A DNA stretch of 32,000 bases from Desulfobulbus propionicus DSM 2032 (GCF_000186885.1 NC_014972.1:210001-242000), one strand, 5' to 3'. Positions 8,614 through 16,275 are shown, numbered from the stretch's first letter. Made by a program: numbers and translations. Notes: generated by a model from the sequence alone, not told the origin.

Positions 8614-9350
8614 GTGAATTTAGCGAACAAAATTCATCGTGCCCGAAATGTGGAGCTCCCAGGAAGAGTGGCCCGGAATGCCCTGCATGCGGAGTGATTT
8701 ATGCAAAGGCCGAACAGGATGCCTTTGCCAAACGAAAAAAAATGGATGAAGCCAGGAGAAAGGCGGATGCCATTATTAGAAACATGCAGAGTGAAAAGCA
8801 GTCCGGAGCAAACCTCATCGATTGCCCAACATGTGGTCGTTCTGTATCAAAGAATGCTCCCACTTGTCCCAATTGCGGGGAGATCATTAACAAAGCTGCT
8901 GTTGTTGCTGCTCAGCCGATAAATAAGGCCCCGCTCGTTGGATATATCGGTTCGGCTATCATGGCTGCGGGAGTATTTTGCCCCCTGGTTAGTATACCTA
9001 TTGCCGGATCTATTAATTATTTCAAAAACGGGGAGGGCGACGGCACCTTTCTGCTATTTCTTGCCGCCATTTCTGCGGCCGCTATTTTTTGGAATCGATT
9101 CAAGATCCTCGTTGTCACCGGAGGGGCTTCTATTGCCATCCTTGCTTTTGACTTGTGGAATTTTTTTCACAAAATGTCTCTGTCCAAGGCGGACATGCAA
9201 AGGGAGATGGCCGGAAATCCCTTTGGTGGGCTGGCCGAGGCGGCCATGCAATCCATCCAGTTGCAATGGGGGTGGGGTGTCATGTTCACAGGGGCGGTGA
9301 TGTTGATTGTTGCGTGGTTTCTGGCTCAAAGGGAATATAAGTACAAATAG
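8589..9350 (+). CDS. Double zinc-ribbon membrane protein
   Basis: CPKCGAPRKSGPECPACGVIY and CPTCGRSVSKNAPTCPNCGEII, then three or four hydrophobic helices; overlaps the SNase gene 3' end. Confidence 0.6.
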   Translation: MGMEKKEVSEFSEQNSSCPKCGAPRKSGPECPACGVIYAKAEQDAFAKRKKMDEARRKADAIIRNMQSEKQSGANLIDCPTCGRSVSKNAPTCPNCGEIINKAAVVAAQPINKAPLVGYIGSAIMAAGVFCPLVSIPIAGSINYFKNGEGDGTFLLFLAAISAAAIFWNRFKILVVTGGASIAILAFDLWNFFHKMSLSKADMQREMAGNPFGGLAEAAMQSIQLQWGWGVMFTGAVMLIVAWFLAQREYKYK

Positions 9351-9445
9351 GTACGCGGGAGTGGGAGAACAGGGTGCTATATAGCCAACCACTGCTAATG
9401 GTAATCGTTTATTTTGATGGGATATTCCGAGGCATGATACCTAAT

Positions 9446-9494
9446 TTTCAACAATAACAATCTGGCGGACAAGCCGCAGATGTTCACGTTGGAC
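9446..9494 (+). repeat. attC-like site A (short, possibly degenerate)
   Basis: R''-like TTTCAAC (9446-9452); stem AACAATCTGGCGG (9456-9468) with CCGCAGATGTT (9474-9484) leaving an extrahelical A and G; R'-like GTTGGAC (9488-9494). Confidence 0.45.
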
Positions 9495-9696
9495 CTTAAA
9501 TTTTCTTTCAAAAGATGTGGTACATTCACTATCCCCGTTTAGTTTGTGCGTATCGAAATATTATCCATAAATCAAATGATTATGGTTGCTGAGTTGGTAG
9601 TTGTAATGTCTGGCCTGTGGATGAAGTGATGAGAATTGCTTAAGTAGTCTCTTGCTAACGATTGACAATAGTATCGGAGCTCGTTACGGTGTATGC

Positions 9697-9978
9697 ATGA
9701 TAGAAAGTTTTGCATGTGGTGAAACTGAAAAAATTTGGAACAACGTGTTCTCCAAAAAGCTTCCAGGGGATATTCAGACCGTCGCTCGGCGGAAGCTGAT
9801 TATGCTCAACGCGGCAGCAACTTTAGACGATCTAAGAATACCGCCCAGGAATATGCTAGAAAAACTTTCTGGGGACAGGGATGGGCAGTACTCAATCAGG
9901 ATTAACCAGCAATGGCGAGTATGCTTCTGTTTTGAGCACGGAGTAGCAACTCAGGTAATGATTGTCGATTATCACTAA
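9697..9978 (+). CDS. higB: HigB-family (RelE/ParE superfamily) toxin
   Basis: MIESFACGETEKIWNNVFSKKLPGDIQTVARRKLIMLNAAATLDDLRIPPRNMLEKLSGDRDGQYSIRINQQWRVCFCFEHGVATQVMIVDYH is a canonical HigB pattern. Confidence 0.92.
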   Translation: MIESFACGETEKIWNNVFSKKLPGDIQTVARRKLIMLNAAATLDDLRIPPRNMLEKLSGDRDGQYSIRINQQWRVCFCFEHGVATQVMIVDYH

Positions 9979-9990
9979 GAGGTCAAGGGT

Positions 9991-10326
9991 ATGGTAAATT
10001 TAATACCGCTAGAGCATCCGGGCGTGATACTCTTCGAAGAATTCATTGAACCGTTAGGGCTAACGGCTTACAAAGTAGCAAAGGACATTGATATTCCCCA
10101 AACCGCGCTTGGCGAAATCATTAAAGGTAAAAGAGGAATATCCGCACAAGTAGGCCTGAAGTTGTCTAAATACTTCGGAATGTCTGAAGAGTTTTTTGTC
10201 AAAATTCAGATGCGATATGACATCGACAGGACGAAAGTTGCTCAACATGAGTCTTTAGGGAAAATCATTCCCTTCCGCCCAAAGCCTAAAGAGCCTCCAG
10301 CGATTGAGAATCTTAAGGAGGCTTAA
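9991..10326 (+). CDS. higA: HigA-family antitoxin (XRE)
   Basis: HPGVILFEEFIEPLGLTAYKVAKDIDIPQTALGEIIKGKRGISAQVGLKLSKYFGMSEEFF is the canonical HigA HTH, directly downstream of higB. Confidence 0.92.
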   Translation: MVNLIPLEHPGVILFEEFIEPLGLTAYKVAKDIDIPQTALGEIIKGKRGISAQVGLKLSKYFGMSEEFFVKIQMRYDIDRTKVAQHESLGKIIPFRPKPKEPPAIENLKEA

Positions 10327-10352
10327 TTGTCTTTCCATAACGAAAAATCATA

Positions 10353-10390
10353 AACTCCAACATGTCAGTGCGGCATATTGGAGTTTTTTT
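10353..10390 (+). terminator. Rho-independent terminator after higA
   Basis: AACTCCAA (10353-10360) / TTGGAGTT (10378-10385) followed by a T tract. Confidence 0.7.
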
Positions 10391-10457
10391 AATCCTTTTC
10401 AAATATTTTTTAGCAAATTATGTGCTTTGAAGGATTCGGGGGGACATGATACTAAAT

Positions 10458-10505
10458 TCCAACAATAACATCCTACGGACAAGCTGTAGATGTTCGCGTT
10501 TTCAG
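10458..10505 (+). repeat. attC-like site B, homologous to site A
   Basis: TTCCAAC box, stem AACATCCTAC / GTAGATGTT with an extrahelical C, then GTTTTCA. Closely matches site A: CATGATAC...CAACAATAACA...GGACAAGC...AGATGTTC.CGTT. Confidence 0.4.
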
Positions 10506-10625
10506 GTCATATATCTCCAGTCAGTCATGACTTATTGGAAAAGTATTAACCATCGGGAATTGAATCTTTCCCGCTATTTTATACCGAAACAGCCTTTTTG
10601 TAGACTTAATGGAAGGATATCCGAT

Positions 10626-10949
10626 TTCTGGTTATCACCCCAAATTGCATGATATCCAGTTAGCTAATACCATAAAACGCCGATTTCCTGACACCCTGGT
10701 TTGAAATAGTGAGTGATAGCCAGAAACCATATAATAACTTGTTAAACGTAAATAAAATGATTGAACCATCCATGCAAGAATGTGTATATAAAGATATTCC
10801 TTTAGGAGGAAGGCGGGTGCCCTTAGGATCCAGTGTAATATCTGGAGAGATGGACGGCAGGAAGATAAAGCTTATTGCTGCCGAATGTAGCGACTTACTT
10901 TTACGTGGTTGTACCCGTGAAGCCCAGCGCAATGCGTTGGGCTTTTTTT
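10626..10949 (+). ncRNA. Candidate structured ncRNA upstream of the reverse transcriptase (5' end uncertain; could begin ~10742)
   Basis: Intergenic region with a 14-nt inverted repeat (10626-10639 TTTCTGGTTATCAC / 10713-10726 GTGATAGCCAGAAA, one wobble), a TATAAT at 10730-10735, a nested hairpin closed by AGATATT (10792-10798) / AATATCT (10837-10843), and a terminal terminator hairpin. Confidence 0.6.
10921..10949 (+). terminator. Rho-independent terminator at the 3' end of the candidate ncRNA, 13 nt before the RT start codon
   Basis: AGCCCAGCGC-AAT-GCGTTGGGCT followed by TTTTTT. Confidence 0.85.
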
Positions 10950-10961
10950 ATTGATGGGGGA

Positions 10962-12458
10962 ATGAGCTTGGAAAAAGATCTTATTAAAACAATTGGTGAA
11001 GAGGCGAAAAAGCTGTCTCAGAGGCATCACGCTTATCACAATACACTAGAGCTGGAGCATATAAGAAAAAGTAATAGGGTTTCTAACCCTGGAGACAAAG
11101 AGTTAAAAATACCAGCGTATTGGTCATCGGAAAAGAAGTTCAACCCGTTTTACGTCCATAAAAATCGTCGTCAAATCGCTCATTCAATTGCAAAAAAAAT
11201 ACAAAATGGGACCTATGAACCAAACCCTCCGCAAAAAATGGAAATTCCAAAAGCATCGGGTGGTTCAAGGACCGTAACTATTTACCAAATACCAGATGCT
11301 GCTGTATCCACATTAATTTATCAGCAACTTCTCTCAAAAAACAAACATCGTTTCAGTTCTTTTTCGTATGCTTATCGAAATGACAGAAATGTACATTTTG
11401 CAATTCAAGATATCGCAATTGAACTGAAAGAGCTATCTAGAGTTTTTGTCGCTGAATTTGATTTTTCGAAATTCTTTGATTCAATTAATCACTCTTATCT
11501 CTATCGTCAATTCAATGAAAATGGTTTTTTCATCAGCGAAAGAGAGGATAGCGTGATCAAGTCATTTCTCAAAAGCAAAAATGTTGGCATACCACAAGGC
11601 ACATCAATTTCTCTTTTTTTAGCGAATATTGTTTGTTGGAAATTAGACAAGGGGCTTGAACAGGTAGGATTGAAGTTTGCGCGATATGCTGATGATACTG
11701 TTATTTGGTCGCATGATTACCAAAAAATAAGCATGGCATATGATATCATAAGTAATTTCTCAAAAGAAGCTGGAGTCGAGATTAATGCCAAAAAATCAGA
11801 TGGGATTAGCTTGCTATGCAGGAAAGATATGCCTTCTGAGCTTGCACAACGTAAGGAAGAAATTGACTTTCTTGGTTACTCTATTTCAGTAGATAACGTT
11901 TCAATTAAAAAATCTTCAGTAAATAAAATAAAACGACAAATAAGTTATACATTATACAAGCATCTAATAAAACCGTTGCGCGGAAACAAGCTAGTTGCCA
12001 TCAAAATACCAGCAAACAACAAAGACACACATTTGTTGAGCGCAATATTAGAAATAAGAAGATACCTTTATGGCAACCTAAATGACCAAATGATAGCAAA
12101 TTATTTGAATGGAAAAAGTAATAGAATTTTTTTCAAAGGAATAATGAGTTTTTATCCGCTCATAAACAATGAACAACAACTCAAAGAGCTTGATGGGTGG
12201 TTAGTGACAGCAATTTTCAAAGCCATACGTATAAGGTCGAAACTACTAAAGAAATGGAATTTTAACAGAGACAATAGTTTTCCCTTTAATATACCTCATA
12301 AAGATCTCACGACAGCGTTTAAACAACAAAAAGTAAAAGGGAAAAAATTACTCCAAATTCCAAGTTTCTTCACAATATACAAAGCTCTCAAGAAAGGGGT
12401 TACTGACAAAGGTATAGCAGGGGTAATGAATCCAACATCAAATGGCTATAATTATTAA
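10962..12458 (+). CDS. Reverse transcriptase of the DRT/UG (defense-associated) type, 498 aa
   Basis: Palm motifs VAEFDFSKFFDSI, VGIPQGTSISLFLANIVCWKLD, FARYADDTVIW (YADD codons 11685-11696) and EIDFLGYSI; long C-terminal extension; no maturase X/En domain recognised. ATG at 10962 is preceded by GGGGGA. Confidence 0.88.
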   Translation: MSLEKDLIKTIGEEAKKLSQRHHAYHNTLELEHIRKSNRVSNPGDKELKIPAYWSSEKKFNPFYVHKNRRQIAHSIAKKIQNGTYEPNPPQKMEIPKASGGSRTVTIYQIPDAAVSTLIYQQLLSKNKHRFSSFSYAYRNDRNVHFAIQDIAIELKELSRVFVAEFDFSKFFDSINHSYLYRQFNENGFFISEREDSVIKSFLKSKNVGIPQGTSISLFLANIVCWKLDKGLEQVGLKFARYADDTVIWSHDYQKISMAYDIISNFSKEAGVEINAKKSDGISLLCRKDMPSELAQRKEEIDFLGYSISVDNVSIKKSSVNKIKRQISYTLYKHLIKPLRGNKLVAIKIPANNKDTHLLSAILEIRRYLYGNLNDQMIANYLNGKSNRIFFKGIMSFYPLINNEQQLKELDGWLVTAIFKAIRIRSKLLKKWNFNRDNSFPFNIPHKDLTTAFKQQKVKGKKLLQIPSFFTIYKALKKGVTDKGIAGVMNPTSNGYNY

Positions 12459-12466
12459 TAATAATT

Positions 12467-12558
12467 GTCTAGCAAATGCATTAACGCAGACGGGGATAAC
12501 GCTGGCGGCGCTAGGGCGGTCAAGTTCATTGGCCCGCTGGTTGTGCTAGCCGTTGGCT
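12467..12558 (+). repeat. attC-like site C, just after the RT stop codon
   Basis: GTCTAGC (12467-12473); AACGCAGACGGG (12483-12494) pairs with CCCGCTGGTT (12533-12542) leaving an extrahelical G and A; GTTGGCT (12552-12558) immediately before the next ORF. Outer boxes are degenerate. Confidence 0.6.
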
Positions 12559-12565
12559 TAGCAAA

Positions 12566-13393
12566 ATGAAAGAAAATAGAATACTTCGCGACGTCGAGAA
12601 ATACGTCAAATCGTATTTGAATACACATGTCACTTCTCCCTGCGTACAGATGCTTCGCAACGACCCTCACTGTCACCTTCGGGTCGTGAGCATTCTTTCC
12701 CGTGTTCGCTACCTGTCTGAGCAAATCCTTCGCTACGGTTGTGAGGTAGACAAGGCCCATCTCAGTAGTCTATCGCGAGATGAGCTCGAACGACGGGTTC
12801 AAGTGTTGACAGACTTTATTGAAAGTGAAAATACCGAAACAAATCACGAAGCCAACGGTTATCTAATGACAGGCAGTTCCCAGAAGCATCTCATCGCGTA
12901 TGTTTCGCGCGAGTTCAACTGGGTCATTGTCTCGATCATGTCGGCTTCCTATATCAGTGCGCTTGTCCTCACGAGATCAGTGTTCGAACTTTTGGTCGGC
13001 GTGGCTACGCGAATGGAAGGTGGAATGAAGGATCGTGTGGACAAAATCACATTTCTTGAAGCAAGTGAACGTAAGCAGATTCTGAAGCTCTGGAATCGAC
13101 TTTGCGGATGGGGGCACCCATACGGTCGCTGGGTCAAAGAAATATGCCCCATATATATTCAACATGAGCCATTTTTTCATAGCCGCCTTTGTGGCCTCTG
13201 TCTGGATGAGTTATGCAACGTGCTAGATCTCTATGCTGTCACGGCACTATCCAAATACGAGATTCCCATTGACCCCCAGTGCTTGCCAATGCAAGACCCA
13301 ACAGGGATACTGGCTGGTCTTGGCATGCTCTCAAGACGACTGGAAAATGGAAACACTAAAAAGGCCAACAAGCCGGATGCAGACGACGGCTGA
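12566..13393 (+). CDS. Hypothetical protein, 275 aa
   Basis: Intact ORF MKENRILRDVEKYVKSYLNTHV...; starts 8 nt after attC-like site C; no family recognised. Confidence 0.75.
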   Translation: MKENRILRDVEKYVKSYLNTHVTSPCVQMLRNDPHCHLRVVSILSRVRYLSEQILRYGCEVDKAHLSSLSRDELERRVQVLTDFIESENTETNHEANGYLMTGSSQKHLIAYVSREFNWVIVSIMSASYISALVLTRSVFELLVGVATRMEGGMKDRVDKITFLEASERKQILKLWNRLCGWGHPYGRWVKEICPIYIQHEPFFHSRLCGLCLDELCNVLDLYAVTALSKYEIPIDPQCLPMQDPTGILAGLGMLSRRLENGNTKKANKPDADDG

Positions 13394-13421
13394 TAGCCGC
13401 GCCTGATCCGCAACGTTTAGA
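13363..13421 (+). repeat. attC-like site D, overlapping the 3' end of the 275-aa gene
   Basis: GGCCAAC (13363-13369); GCCGGATGCAG (13372-13382) pairs with CTGATCCGC (13403-13411) leaving an extrahelical C and G; inner GGCT-GAT-AGCC hairpin; GTTTAGA (13415-13421). Confidence 0.55.
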
Positions 13422-13434
13422 CCCCACAGCACCC

Positions 13435-15120
13435 ATGTCCGACGATCAAACTGACGAACAACACGCCTACGAGGCGCTACTCCAGCGTCGACTGCAGATC
13501 CTAAAGAAGCAGTTCGATGCCGGGAAGGTCCATATCGCCGAGGGGCTCCAGGTGATCGGGAGCCTCAAGCGCGTCAGGTACGCCGCTGACGGCACGGTCG
13601 ATCTATCAACAGTGGACGGCCTAGTGCGCTCGATGGCGCTTGCTGTCGAGGCGATGCACGACAGAGAGGAGATGAAGGACTCTGCGTCTCTCGCGCAGAT
13701 TCAGACCGAGTACTTCGACTTTTTGGAGAAGAACTTCGGTCACTTCTTCAAGGTCATGGTCGAACGCGGTCTCACCCCGCACAACGCAGGACGAGCACTT
13801 TCCAGGACTTCATCCACCGTCGCAGAGTTGACCCGAAACCTCCCTGAGTTCTTGGCTGCAATCGAGGGCTACTGGAGTGCCGCAGGCCCAATAGCGATTG
13901 CGCATGTGGAGGACATGCACGACGCACTTAAGGGCGTATTCGGAGGCGACTTGTTTCCATCGCCTGAGGAGAATATCGCTTCAAAGTGCTCGCTCTACAC
14001 AGACACACTCGTGCTGCCTGATCCATTCTTGCGCACGAAGCACATGTTCGAGCGACTCGGAGATGAGAGGAAAGCGTACTACCTCATCAAGCACGCTCTG
14101 AATCTGTTGCAGTACCGTAATCTTGCGTGTGCCGACGTGAGCCCGCCCATCGTCGTAGTGCTACCCGATGTCTCTGCTCTGGAAACGGAAGAGAAGGAGT
14201 TCTTCTATCGGCTCGGGCAGGATGACGCCCTCATTCACGGCGCTCGCGTCTTCGGGAGGCGATTCGAGACCTTTGACGAGCTCTTGGAGTTCTGTCAGCA
14301 ACTAGACACCATCGAGCGAGCTGTGGCAGCAGTTTCCGAGCCTGAGCGAGTTCTGTTTGATACGGAGTGGGAAGGCTCACTCCCGGAGCAGTTGAAACGG
14401 GCCACAAAGATGGAGGCGTACTCCGCCGTCGTTGGTACCACCAATCCTGGCGTCATCCTGGCGTCGCAGGCCCTGGGGCGCATGAGCACTAGCAATGAAC
14501 TCCTGATCAAGGCTCGTCGCCTTCGTGGCACTCCGATTATCGATGCTCCAACGTCATGGCAGTACTTCGTGTGGAAACTTGAGTACGACTCTTTTCAATC
14601 CGGTGAAGCAGAAGGGCTGCGTGACCTTCACACGGTGCGTGGATTGCAGACTCTTGCTGCGAACGAGATGCGATGGCTGGGCAGAGTGCCCCCGGAAGCC
14701 CTAATCGAGGTGCGCAAGGCTGGTGCGCTGGGGGAAGTTCGCGCAATCCTCGGAAAGGGAGTGGAGGAACTGGCCACGGTCAATCCCTCGAATTTCCACA
14801 GAACAAGCGACCTCGTCTTCGACAACATTCATGCAGCCTTTGCAAAGCATCAGGAGAACATGGATGCACTGGCGGCGAAGAAGTGGAAGTTCGCGGGGAG
14901 CGACATCGGATCGTGGATAGTAGTTGGGTCTTTGGCGGCAACGGCTGCCGCGACCGGCACACCAGCTTGGGGACTCGCCGCTCTGGCAGCCGATCAGTTG
15001 CTGAAAGCGCCCAAATTACGTGAGATACCGAAATCGATCAAGGCGCTGGCAAAGGAAAGTCAACAACTGAAGCGATCGCCGGTTGGCCTGCTCTTCAAGT
15101 ACAGCAAGAGAGGGGGCTAA
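13435..15120 (+). CDS. Hypothetical protein, 561 aa, with a hydrophobic C-terminal segment
   Basis: Intact long ORF; C-terminus has WIVVGSLAATAAATGTPAWGLAALAADQLLKAPKLREIPKSIKALAKE; no family recognised. Confidence 0.8.
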   Translation: MSDDQTDEQHAYEALLQRRLQILKKQFDAGKVHIAEGLQVIGSLKRVRYAADGTVDLSTVDGLVRSMALAVEAMHDREEMKDSASLAQIQTEYFDFLEKNFGHFFKVMVERGLTPHNAGRALSRTSSTVAELTRNLPEFLAAIEGYWSAAGPIAIAHVEDMHDALKGVFGGDLFPSPEENIASKCSLYTDTLVLPDPFLRTKHMFERLGDERKAYYLIKHALNLLQYRNLACADVSPPIVVVLPDVSALETEEKEFFYRLGQDDALIHGARVFGRRFETFDELLEFCQQLDTIERAVAAVSEPERVLFDTEWEGSLPEQLKRATKMEAYSAVVGTTNPGVILASQALGRMSTSNELLIKARRLRGTPIIDAPTSWQYFVWKLEYDSFQSGEAEGLRDLHTVRGLQTLAANEMRWLGRVPPEALIEVRKAGALGEVRAILGKGVEELATVNPSNFHRTSDLVFDNIHAAFAKHQENMDALAAKKWKFAGSDIGSWIVVGSLAATAAATGTPAWGLAALAADQLLKAPKLREIPKSIKALAKESQQLKRSPVGLLFKYSKRGG

Positions 15121-15173
15121 CCCCTCGCTCGAGCCGACCCGCTACGGCGTGCAGCTCAACTCGAACGTTAGGA
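15115..15173 (+). repeat. attC-like site E, overlapping the stop codon of the 561-aa gene
   Basis: GGCTAAC (15115-15121) and GTTAGGA (15167-15173) boxes; TCGCTCGAGC (15125-15134) pairs imperfectly with GCTCAACTCGA (15154-15164). Confidence 0.7.
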
Positions 15174-15240
15174 GTCACGATATCTCCTGTAAATAGTGAC
15201 TTCAACAATCCCTATCCTTTCTCTTGATTATTGGATTAAA

Positions 15241-16275
15241 ATGAGTGTTCGCCCCCATCCCACCAAATCAAAAAGTGAACCTGGGAAATGGTGGGTCATT
15301 GATATCGGTCGGGGCAACCAGCGGGAGCGCATCACCTTTAACGGTTCGTACGAAGAGGCCTGGAGGTATGAGCGATCCATACGGCAGCAACCCGACCACT
15401 TGGTTGAGGGATCCGCTCCCAAAATAAAGGATGTGGTGACCTTATTCCTTGAATGGTACCGGACGGAGAATTCCATTAACACGGTCAATGATATGCGGTT
15501 TTGTCTCGATAATCATATCATTCCTTGGTTCGGTAATTTCCAGCCGAAACAGTTGACCATCGCTCTGTTCAATAAATTCAAGGCGGATTTGCTTGAACGA
15601 GGTTTGGCACCTGTCACAATCAACAAGAATATGAGTTACCTTTCCAGCCTGTTGAAATGGGCTTCGGAGCACGGATACTGCCAGCCGTTGGCATTCACCA
15701 TTCCCAGGTTTTCAAAAAAGAAAACAACAGCCGAACCGGTTCAGCCGTTGACCCGGCGGCAACTGGATGCGCTGTATGAATGCCTGGATCCAGAGTATCG
15801 GCTGCTTTTTCTGTTGATGGCGGACCATGGTCTCCGGAAGGAAGAGGCCCTGAATCTGCAGGTTGAAGATATCGACGAAGCGCGAAAGACGATCCGGGTT
15901 TATGGGAAGGGGAGTAAGTACAGAATCGTTCCTTTTCTGTCCGTCAGGTTTGAAGAGGAACTGAACAAAGTCCTTTCGGAACGGCTTGAAGGCTTCCTGG
16001 TCGTCAATCCGGCAACCGGAAAACCGTATTATTCAATTAGGAAGGTGTTAACCCGGGCAGCGAAAAAGGCGGGATTAAGCCGGCAGGTGTACCACCACCT
16101 GCTGCGCCATACTTTTGGATCCCTGGCGGCCGAGGCCGGGATGAACCCTTACGCGTTGCAACGGATCATGGGACACAGCAATATAGAGACAACGAACAAG
16201 ATCTACACCCATGTCGGCCTCGATTTCGTCGGTGAAGAGGCCCGTAAAATTCGTGAGCAAGGGGTAGGGCAGTGA
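15241..16275 (+). CDS. Tyrosine recombinase/integrase
   Basis: Core-binding SAM-like domain and catalytic domain: DHGLRKEEALNLQVEDID, GKGSKYRIVPF, YHHLLRHTFGSLAAEAGMNPYALQRIMGHSNIETTNKIYTHV. An in-frame upstream start exists at 15196. Confidence 0.92.
   Translation: MSVRPHPTKSKSEPGKWWVIDIGRGNQRERITFNGSYEEAWRYERSIRQQPDHLVEGSAPKIKDVVTLFLEWYRTENSINTVNDMRFCLDNHIIPWFGNFQPKQLTIALFNKFKADLLERGLAPVTINKNMSYLSSLLKWASEHGYCQPLAFTIPRFSKKKTTAEPVQPLTRRQLDALYECLDPEYRLLFLLMADHGLRKEEALNLQVEDIDEARKTIRVYGKGSKYRIVPFLSVRFEEELNKVLSERLEGFLVVNPATGKPYYSIRKVLTRAAKKAGLSRQVYHHLLRHTFGSLAAEAGMNPYALQRIMGHSNIETTNKIYTHVGLDFVGEEARKIREQGVGQ

Noticed and set aside
10962-12458. Group II intron interpretation of the reverse transcriptase
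   Set aside because: No maturase X or HNH endonuclease motifs were recognised, and no intron domain V-like hairpin (GAGC...GUUC type) was noticed downstream. The immediate upstream terminator fits a DRT-type locus better.
9697-15173. CRISPR array
   Set aside because: The repeats found are few, imperfect, and spaced by whole genes; there is no regular short direct-repeat/spacer pattern.
15241-16275. IntI-type integron integrase
   Set aside because: The segment between the first Arg motif and the HxxR motif lacks the extra insertion expected of IntI. Same-strand orientation at the array end beside a tRNA fragment fits an island integrase.
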